Shown here one piece after another: positions 7,968-38,964 of a stretch of DNA of 64,000 nucleotides. The notes beneath the pieces are model-generated. The model made no database searches and had not been told where the DNA came from. It was given only the letters and a program-made list of their open reading frames with translations. Positions within the stretch are counted from its first letter, which is position 1, and each line of letters opens with the position of its first letter. Where the stretch lies: assembly GCF_964204645.1 (NCBI RefSeq), contig NC_134026.1:23842150-23906149 (forward strand), in the 5' to 3' direction. Origin of the DNA: Tubulanus polymorphus. Taxonomy: Eukaryota; Animalia; Nemertea. Position numbers and translations under genes: made by a program.

Positions 7968-10854
7968 GACTCCGCTTTGATTCAACGAAAAGCCTCGCGT
8001 TGAACTTACCGGTATCGCGTGTCTTCCGGCAGAGCAAACTTTTTGTTCTAAGAACTTCAGCCGTTTAGAGGGAAATTCCTTAATGATTTACCAGAAATTA
8101 TGTTTCCACAATCTTCTAATAATGCGCTTTACTGGTAAAAGCTCAGTCTATGCGAATCATGAAAACAGAAATGTAAAAGTGCATACACTCTCTTCCCATT
8201 TCCATATACATGTACATTGGGAATACATCTAACCGCGGTAGATGTATGTGCACCATTTGGTATGAACCACATTTCTAAATCACACTTTCACGCCAGGTTA
8301 GCTGCCTTTAGTTAGAACAGGCTAGAGTAAGGGCACGCGTAAACTAAATAGCCGAGAAGAAACAAAGCAACTAAAAGGCGACAAGCTGGCATGGGAAACA
8401 CAAGTAGAGTAGCTTTTCTTGATGTATAGCTGATTGTACAATCTTGGAGGATTACTCCAAGGTACAACGATCTTCGAAAGATACATGAACGGGTATCACG
8501 AGCTTTTACGCTATGAAACGTACTTACCCGAAAGTATGCGACTATACACACAATATTCTTCTATCCACTGCCTTAACTACAAGGATTTCTATACTAAACT
8601 ATGTCAAGCGCTATTAATACCGCCTACTCTTTGTGCCTTCTCAGCTTCACAGTGGCTTTCCCAACGCTAAACGGAAGGTTCTCGCCCGTGCTTGTCCGTA
8701 CAGCACAATAGTGTACGAAAATACCCAAACATATACCCACAGTTTCGGTGAAGATATTATTATCCGCTCTTATGTTCATTTTCTTTGTTAGTTTCTAATA
8801 CTAAAACGTCAGTTCATTACTAGTAGTAAACGTCAAGGAACTTAGAGGAGCTATTGGGTTTTGCGATAGATGGAGCATTTGGAGGATGCTAAACGTATCT
8901 ATGAATTGCCAATGAGTCATTGCACAGAAATCTTATCACATGTATGTCGAGCGAACTAAATGGCAGGTTAGGGTTCTACAACAGACTTGCTGTAATAATA
9001 TATGACTGGAAGCATTTTTCTAACAAGAAATGTATTTGCCATGATAAACATTAGTACGTGATACTTACAAAATAAACTTACAAACCGCATTTAGAATGCA
9101 TTATACGCAAGTGTAGCATTAATCATGAATTTCAAGAAAATCACACGAAAACATGTGATATTTGCCATAAATTCTACGATTAAAATGATATACGTAAGAA
9201 TTGCAATATTTGAATTCATGAATAAGTAACGATTTATTTTTTTCTAGTCTGATTTCGAGAGATCCCATCGTTTCAGCATAGAGACGACCAATATGTAAAC
9301 GACTGTAAGACATTTATCGCGTTCATTACAGCCCCATCATAGCTTTCCAGTAAAATATGAAATTACTTTAAAATACAATTAGCTATTCGTTACGTCTGAT
9401 ACCAAAGATTCATTCTCAAATTCCCCTTCCAATAATTGATAAATGTAATAATCTTAAAAGTATGTATAACGGTACGGTAGTTATTCCGAACATGCCTTTT
9501 GAAATTCAGAATTCGGAGGACTATTATTTTGTTACGTGATAAACGCTCTTAAATTCCAAGCGCAGACTTTACTTCTATTTAAAAACCGTCATTAAAAACA
9601 AACATTATGCTGATTCATTTTCTGCCAGTCGAATCAACGGTGCAAAACGAGCGGTGCTCAAGCTTGTAAATTAATGAGGCTGTATTGTTTTCATGCGGGA
9701 ATTCACGTCCCCATGTCGCGTGCCTCGGCGTTTTGTGGAGGTATCAGGGATGCTAATTGTGCTTGAACTGCAGAACGTTGGTGCGTTCCGTGTTTGCTGT
9801 CGATTTGCTGCATGAATCGTAATACGCGTCCGATCAGGCTAGATCTGCAATGAGCCCTTGAGGGGATTACAAAATCGTTGTTTTTTTCTTTTTTTCAAAT
9901 CCCCTAAAAAAACAATTTCTAACTATGGGAATTCTGGGCAAGTTTTTTTCTATCACTTCCAACATAAATGAATGAAATATTTTTTGCATCCAAGAAAAAT
10001 GTCTACCTTTTCCTTTCTTATTTTATTGCAGTATATCATCTAGAAAGGCAACTGTAATATTGGAAAAAATACACTGGCCAGGTGGCCAGTGGATCTCTTA
10101 CTTCTTCGGTCGACTCGTGAGACTCTTATCTTGATCTTACGACGCCATCGCAGCCATAATTATACCAGAAAAGTAGAATTATATGCATGTGTATCTTCGG
10201 ATATCTCGGCGAAGACAATGGCTGCCTGAGTAGCTAATTTGGATGCAAATTGAATTGTAATATCTGAAAGAGATACGGCGTAACCGAGTAATCCCGTTCT
10301 CTGAGGGGCTCAAGCCAGATCACCTTCGCAACGTTGTGATTGATACCAGTGACGCATCCCGCGAGTAATGCTGCTACGTTGAGCACCGAATCTTGTACAA
10401 TATGCGATTGTGTTTAAAACGTCGTATTTTGGTTAATGAAATGCCGTAATTTTCACATTATGCGTGTTATGATGGATTTTTTAAGTATTTGCCAATGTCA
10501 TGCTATGTTTTAAGGGATATAATCGTTGAGTGATATAGGAGATAGGATATAATTGTTGAATGGGGCTGATCCACATAGAATAACACTTGAGCACTACTTA
10601 TTATTCTGTTCTGAACATCCTCAGCGTTATAGAGAAAAAACTACATTCCTTGACATTTTATTGATAATATCGCAGTCACAAATTCCTATCCTTGACTTCT
10701 CAAAAATTGAAAAAAGAAAACACGGAAATTTAGGACATTATTTTGGCATCTTTATTCTTTCCAAGACTAGTTCTTTAAGCAGTAGAAGTCCTTTAGAGTT
10801 CTACATCGGTTAAAAAGATGATATAAGGATCCGAAATTCATTGAATCAAAAGTC
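7968..10854 (+). ncRNA. Candidate large, highly structured non-coding RNA of unknown family (about 2.9 kb, one probable GC-AG intron 9938-10031)
   Basis: End-closing helix TTTGATTCAA 7976-7985 / TTGAATCAAA 10841-10850, many nested helices with G-U pairs on the + strand, and no ORF over 90 aa in the ORF track. Found by eye, with no expression evidence. Confidence 0.55.
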
Positions 10855-10918
10855 ACTTTAATCATCATATCAGTATTATCGTTATTGTATTATTGTCATG
10901 GTTTTATCAAAACGCAAT

Positions 10919-10924
10919 TTTATT
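10919..10924 (-). terminator. Possible poly(A) signal of Lhx1/5
   Basis: AATAAA on the minus strand about 870 nt past the stop codon, after an AU-rich UTR-like tract. Confidence 0.4.
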
Positions 10925-11789
10925 CTGGGGAAGAACCACAAAAACATCGACCACATAATATTATTATTTTCACGTTAGGCACAGTCTCAGCTATCGAGCA
11001 GCCAAATCGTGAAACAAAAAAAACAAAAAAATAAAATTGATCACGGATGAAACATAATACTTTTACCCAAAACACGTGACATTACGAGGTTTACTTTACA
11101 TACTGTATAATATATAATTATATATATATATATTTATGTATATTTATAATATATGTGGAGATATCCATTAAACTAATACATTACTGCTCGCAAAAGCGAA
11201 CATTTTTAAATTTCATCATCTTTTTTTAAACATAAAATTATATCTATCGCCCGAGATCGCTTAGTATGTCATTCATATACAATTATCATTATTATTTGTA
11301 CATTATTTACACGTTTTATACATTTTTCGGCCGAATTACCGGCGTCGTGCGATGACGATGTTTACTGTTTGTTTGTGTAAACAACTCTGGAATATATTAG
11401 TAATCACTGATGAAAGATTATGCAACAATAATATAGTTCCGTTTCAATATTTTTCTTTTAATTCTCTTTGGAAAAATATACCAAATATAATTGCTTCGTC
11501 GATTAACGAGTTGTTGAAGTGTATTCTAGTGTTTACACATCTGTAAATCGGAGTGATTTTTCTCCATTTGTGAATAAAATTTACAATTGCACTCAGGTCC
11601 GCGGCAGTGGCCAACGAGCTTTTACCCACGGTTGTTTATGGCAGCACCAAGTTGTCTTAAAAAGTTTTTTTAAGTGTCAACCGCGAATGTATTATATACC
11701 CTGTTTTGTGGGTTCAACATAAAAACCGACTTTTATGTTCCACTTGCATTTTCACGCCCGAGCCTGCGCTCCTCTTCGTGGCGGTATAG

Positions 11790-32599
<20,810 letters not shown>

Positions 32600-33343
32600 A
32601 TTGTATATCGCCAGCTTGACTGATTATGTATCTCCCAACTGTTAGACAAAAAATACCAAGTCCCGAATCTGGAACTTACAATCCTATGAATCAAACGCCG
32701 ATACGAAGTTTTTGCAACTTTTTTCCTCATTCATCAGGAATCGTATGAATATATGCACTATAGCATATAAACATAAGGAACTTTGCTGAAAGTTACCACG
32801 CGTGATCCTGTTGGAGTACACTCAACCGTTGTGGCCACAAACTGAGTTCAACAGTATATCTCTTCTCGCCAGCTTACGTTTTCGGGTGCGTTATATGGGC
32901 CCGTTCGTTGTTTATGTCTCCAGGTCGCCTAGAATCCACCGTTACTGTCGCCTCACGCTACTTGGATAGTTTCCACTGTGCATAATGCTTTTCGTGCCGC
33001 CCTGTTGTAGGTTTTCCTCACACCGCGAACGGTGGGCGGGACCGAATATTGTCAATCACAAGAGTGAAACTCCGAACGGTGCGTTCAATGGTAGATCGCA
33101 TAGCAATATCAAACAATAAGAAACCTCCTTCGATTAGTATCGCAGTATTTCACTTGCAGTGCTTTGAGAAAAACGGACATTTCGTCGAGAATCAGCGTTT
33201 TCAGTGTGCCCGAAATTCGAAGGAATTTAGAACTTACTTTCTCTTTGAATATGAGATTTCGCTCGTTTGTTGTCTCACAGCACGCTACATTTACCGGTTC
33301 TCTAGATAGGAATCGCTTTCATAAGTGGATATCTTAAGTAAAA

Positions 33344-33520
<177 letters not shown>

Positions 33521-36500
33521 TATTCGTCATTGGGGACGTTGAACTTCTTTAGAGACAAACTTGTCCTAAATACAAACCACCGACACACTTCTGAGATACA
33601 TTTCCCGCCAATTTGAGCGCATGTGCGTAGAAAAACCACACGCCACACTCTGGTTCCAATCACATGAGCCACGGATCCCAAACTTCCGAAACCATAAAAC
33701 CAGATTCCACAGACCCGGTCGAGGAAAAGCTACAAATGTATAGTTCATTGGATATGAACAATACGTGTTTTGGCAAGGCGCGTGTCAGCTGCAGACATTA
33801 CTGTTATTTGTCTTCCATACGTATATGTAAACAGCTATTGGTCTGTGCAAATAATTTCGTTCAATTTGACACCAAATACCTGAATGAGTTGAAACGTAAA
33901 TTTGATGAAAATCATTAGTGTAGCATTTATTTTGGCAGTACATGTACGTACGTATATGCTGGCGGGCGATCTCGAATGGGAGAGTTTTCACAAAAAGATA
34001 CAATCGTAGGTGTATATAAATGAGATCCGTACATTCTGCCCTAAACGATTGCGAATTATATGGGAAAGCACATTTCTGGCATTTTCCCATATCCACATGC
34101 TAGGAAATCCGAAATTTACAGATCTTATTCACCAAAATGATATTGCGGAGTCGATCGGTGTGTCAACTTCATATGTCACTGATAATTATATGCTAACAAA
34201 ACGTGAAAATACGCAGACGCTAAGTATCTATACGATAACGTTTAACAGGTATACGTAACGTTTGTCCGAATTAATTGGACTATTGTTGCCCTCCTGCGGG
34301 AACCGTGCACCGTTGATAGAACGCAAACGCCCATTTTTGACAATGAAACAGCGCATGATGATTTTGACGGAGAGTGTTGTTAATTTTTGTTTGTAAAAAT
34401 AAACCTACCGCGCAGATATAGCAAGTGTACCATGTTTGAAAAAGATTCATTCGTTACCGAATTGTAAGAATACGATGGTCTGAAAATACTTATATATGTT
34501 GAAATGCGTAGGGGTGTTGAATGTCCTGGATAATTTAATGGAAACATGTCAACACTGAGGATGAATCGCACAGAGGTTGCGTAAAGTATTTCTTGAACGC
34601 ATATTGGACGCGAAATTTGCTGTGGTCAAGCGTATTAACATTACACAAATACATACAAACAAATAATTTTCGCCTCCATACTCTATACATGCAGATATAT
34701 ATGCCGTATCATCAATCGCCGATATTGCATCGATGAATGTTTGAAAAGCTCTCATTCACACTTTCTTTTGTCTTCAAGTGGACGGCTTCCGTCCCCGACC
34801 AAACACTGATTTACAAGTATCAGATCGTTGTAAATTGAGTTTCTGAATTATGCATACGTATACGTGTGGCAAACACGACGAACAGACGGGTGTAAAAATT
34901 AGCGAGTTAACGGAGAGCTGATTCGCGAGTAAACAGTTAATATATGTGTACCAACATTTCACTCATGTGCTATGTAGGCTTGTGTTTTATGTGAAATCAG
35001 TCGATTTTCCTCACTATACGTAAGTGATGCATGAATATCTATAGTAGTTCTTTTTAATGTATTTTTCAATCTCAGTCAACTCATTCAGTATGCAAACTTC
35101 TAAAACCTTAGTAAATTCACTACAGAAATGACCAAATCGAGAACGACATTTTCAAGATGACAATGAGAAACTCAGCCCAACATTCATTATGACTTATAGC
35201 AAAAATACATTTATGTATTTTTGCATATAGTTAGAATTTTTCAGACTAGATAGTAACATACTAAAAAGTTACTCTACAAATCCTATAATACCGATTTATT
35301 TGGATCAAGGAAAGGAATCCCTACCCAGGACAATAATCAATGTCCTCGATTATGTTCACACAGTCACCTACGTTTTTGATACCCGTTAGGCTCGATTGAG
35401 GAAATTGTCATCACCTCAAGCTAGGCGACACTTGTTTTGAAAACGATCCCCAAATGAGATCATTGTAAGTATACACTGAATATCAGTTGTTTGCACAAAA
35501 GCTACCCGCGGTTATTTAGCGTTTATTTGACCAACGGTCAGCGGCTGGAAATCCAGTTATAAATGGACACAGTACCAGCCACAATACAGCAAACACACAG
35601 CACGTTATGGACAAACATTGTTTCATAAAACGCTTCACTGGTTGCCTGCTCTATTGTGGTTAAACTATATTGGTATGATTACCGATGAGTTGGTTGTTTT
35701 AATCCATTCCATCGTGCGAATCTAAAACAAAAAAAACCAAGACTGAAGAATTGTAGGATGTAAGCATTAAAAACAGAATAACCGGCCGCGACGATATACG
35801 AGGTGCTTAGAATGAGAATGCCCGGCTTGGCACGTTCCCCCGAAAATGAGTAGGTGGAATGATGACTTAGTCGATAAAGAGCGGTTGCCATGCAATTTGT
35901 CGGCGGAAAATAAGATTTTTCAAAGGAAGTTCAATTTTCGGGCTTCAGACATACGTCATTTACAGTGGGGTGGGTTCGAATCCTGGATTCCACTTGTGTC
36001 ATGGCACGACTTGCTGCAGAAGTTCTACTTGATAAACAGATGGCTCGAGTCGAAAAGATTTTATGACGGCAGCCTGATGTGCGCTTCAAAGCTCTTGATG
36101 TTCGGCCACACGGAAATCATAAAATAACGACGTGTGCTCGGCAGCGGGACAGACTGATAAAACTAGATTCCTGGTCATCGCGATGCGCAAGGCTTCGGAG
36201 TGGGACAGTTGGTCGCCTCTAGGCTGTCTTGTTGTGAGACAAACTCCGTTATGCAAGCTCGTATTGTCGTAATCCGTCCAATGAGGATTAAATGGAGACT
36301 AATCTGATTTCGCATCTCAACAAGCACGCGATCCTGTATTTACAGTTCAAAGGATTTGCAGCACAAGAAATATGATCTGGTCACGTGACGACATGCATGG
36401 GCTCACGAGGAAATTAAAGTTTTGAAACAAAACGCACTATAAACACCGGGCTCCTAGCGGCAAAGGGCATCTAATTCCTGATTACAGGATACTTATGTTA

Positions 36501-38930
36501 TACACGTAGGTAACTGATATGCCTGGTATGTGTATCAGATTTGTTCGGTTGCGAGGGCGCGAGCAAGGATGTACAATATATCCATTACCAACGACACCAA
36601 AACCTGTAGAGCCAACTTCCATCACGATTGATAACTAATTTTTCTTGCTTGAATGATATGTTATTAATGTCTTCTAGTTATACTGACATATAAAGAATAT
36701 AGGCTTATGTATATATGCAAAACCAGTTGACTGAACCACGATTGAGGTTTAAAGAATAACTTTAGCATTACATATATATGATATGGAAAAAAGATGATGG
36801 AAAATTGATACTAATCTTAACAACAGAACAGGGTTCTCATTATATAGTCCACAATTGATTTGGATTTAGCGAATCTATTGGTATTACAACGATTATAAAA
36901 CCTGGTGATGATGAATTGGATTATTTGGTGCGAATTCAGTGACCCAAGAAAATGCCCAAACTATCTACACTTCCGGCTATGCACTCAAGATTTGCATGCC
37001 TTTTCTACCGACAACAAAGCGAAAACCAAAGCAGTATAAAGTTACATACACTGCCAAGAATAGCGGCCGTTCGGGACGTTGGTCGCAGCCACATTGAGAA
37101 AGGTCAGGCCCTTCGATCGTTTGTTGTCCATTCGCCCTAAGCACTGAGTGCACCTGCAAAGACGGGACACCGTTATGAAATATGATGCCCTGTTCGTGAA
37201 GGGCACGCGACCAGGCAGTGGCATAGCTAGTGTTTTCCAAAAATTATCCCAAAGAGGCAAACAACGCGTTATTGTTTATTGTAGATCGTTCTTCAAGGCA
37301 TCATGCGGTGTAATTGGCCATCGCTTCATCGAATGACATTTTTCGGACGAGAGAGAGAACGAGTCTTTCTCGTTAATTTCACTTTGTGCACTTTAAGTAA
37401 ACGTAAATATTTCTCTTATAGATAATTGTGAGCTTCTATCCAATGAAAAGGAAAGACGAAAAGAACTCATATTTCTCTGACTAAACATAGAAATATTTCA
37501 ACGTGAATTGTTGTTGGAATAGTGAATGTTGTATCAAGTGAACCAGGTGCCCAATAGACTCATATTTCATCTGCAATATTAGATACGTACTTTCATACTG
37601 AGAATAATCATAATTCTATACAAATCCATTCAGCTGCAGATTGTTATTCGTGGCCGAATTTGTTTGTACACGGACGAAACCCAACCCAAACCCTTCAGAC
37701 CTTTGTCGAGAACTTACGGGTGTTTTCCCATTGAAAATGAGCCAAAATCCAATACGGTTTGTGTGTGAATTCACGATACAGCTTCGCCATTCGTTATCAA
37801 CGATAACAACGAATGTATCATCTTGGATCTTGAGCCCTGAAATACAATTTCGTTCTATTTCCAGCTGTATACAGTTACATATAATACAAATCTTGACTCA
37901 GTTCGAGTCCCTTGAGATGATGTCCCAGATCCTATGCGAGAACCGTCCCCGGGCATTTGCATTCAGCCTGAAAAATCCGGCCACCATCTGTCTCGCCAAA
38001 CTAGTTTATACGTCCGTGGTCTCACCCAGCAGACTAAGGTGGCATGATGGTATGATCACATCGATATTGAAGAGTTTGAATAGATGTCCAGAAAATTACC
38101 CCATAGATAAAACTACGAATCTTCAACCAGTTTTGGCGTATGATAAGCGTTGGTGCGGCCTAAACTTGTGCTATACCAGAATTATCAGATTTATCAAGGG
38201 TCTTTTGAGAACGTCGTGATGCACAATATCCATATCCTTAACAATAACGACCACAAAATGATCTATCAACCGAGAAATGCAAATAATCTCCAATATTGTG
38301 GTCAGAACAGCTTACATTGTTTTCATAGGAATTTCGTTGGAATTAATCGAGGCCTAGCGGAAACGCCTGAATAACGAGGTCTGAAATTCAAATAGATTTT
38401 ATGTAACTTTTCTAACCGAATTCAAAGTGTGGGGATTATCGAAATGATTCAAAAATATGTCACAACCGGTAAAAGTAAACAGGTTGAACAAAGGGGTGGA
38501 CAATGCCGATGTGGATTTAGCGCCAAGTGAAGTCAACGTTCTTCCAGTCGGTAAGGCGGGATCCATTATAGAAAGCTGAAGACAAATAAAAGCAAGCGGC
38601 CCTGAAGAATACTTGGTGTTAGCTCTTCGTCACGATGAGAGAATTAGAGTAAACAAAAATGTATGAGCAATAAGCACGCGTAACGCGACGGCAATGGTAA
38701 CAGATAATGAAAATTCTCTTACTTGCCATATAAGGAAAATTGATCGCGACACAGAAAGAGAACATCGAAAGACAGCTGTTTGGCGAAATCGACAAGACTG
38801 GGACTGTAATCCTATAGTGGCTATACAAACACTCTTGTGCTCTTCAAAACACTAGAACACCAATATTGGGTTTTATATTGATACACTTTTTGGCATTTGG
38901 TGCCAGGAAAAACCCAGCTGTCACCAGCAA

Positions 38931-38964
38931 GCAAAGTGTACTTATAGGCAAAGTGTACTTATAG
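38931..38964. repeat. 17-bp tandem duplication
   Basis: GCAAAGTGTACTTATAG occurs twice in tandem. Confidence 0.9.

Noticed and set aside
8966-8975. AACCCTAACC on the minus strand as a telomerase template
   Set aside because: The G-U bias indicates the folded strand is +, and I found no pseudoknot or H/ACA end on the minus strand.
7968-10854. Structured element as a divergent LSU rRNA, RNase P/MRP or 7SK
   Set aside because: The length resembles 23S rRNA, but no sarcin-ricin or peptidyl-transferase motifs occur in order, no P4 CR-I/CR-V pair is present, and there are no 7SK terminal motifs.
35965-36012. GGTTCGAATCC B-box suggesting a tRNA
   Set aside because: No cloverleaf or A-box. At most an old SINE fragment.
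37641-38219. 192-aa + strand ORF
   Set aside because: TTG start and no family similarity. Its composition looks like a non-coding or antisense frame.
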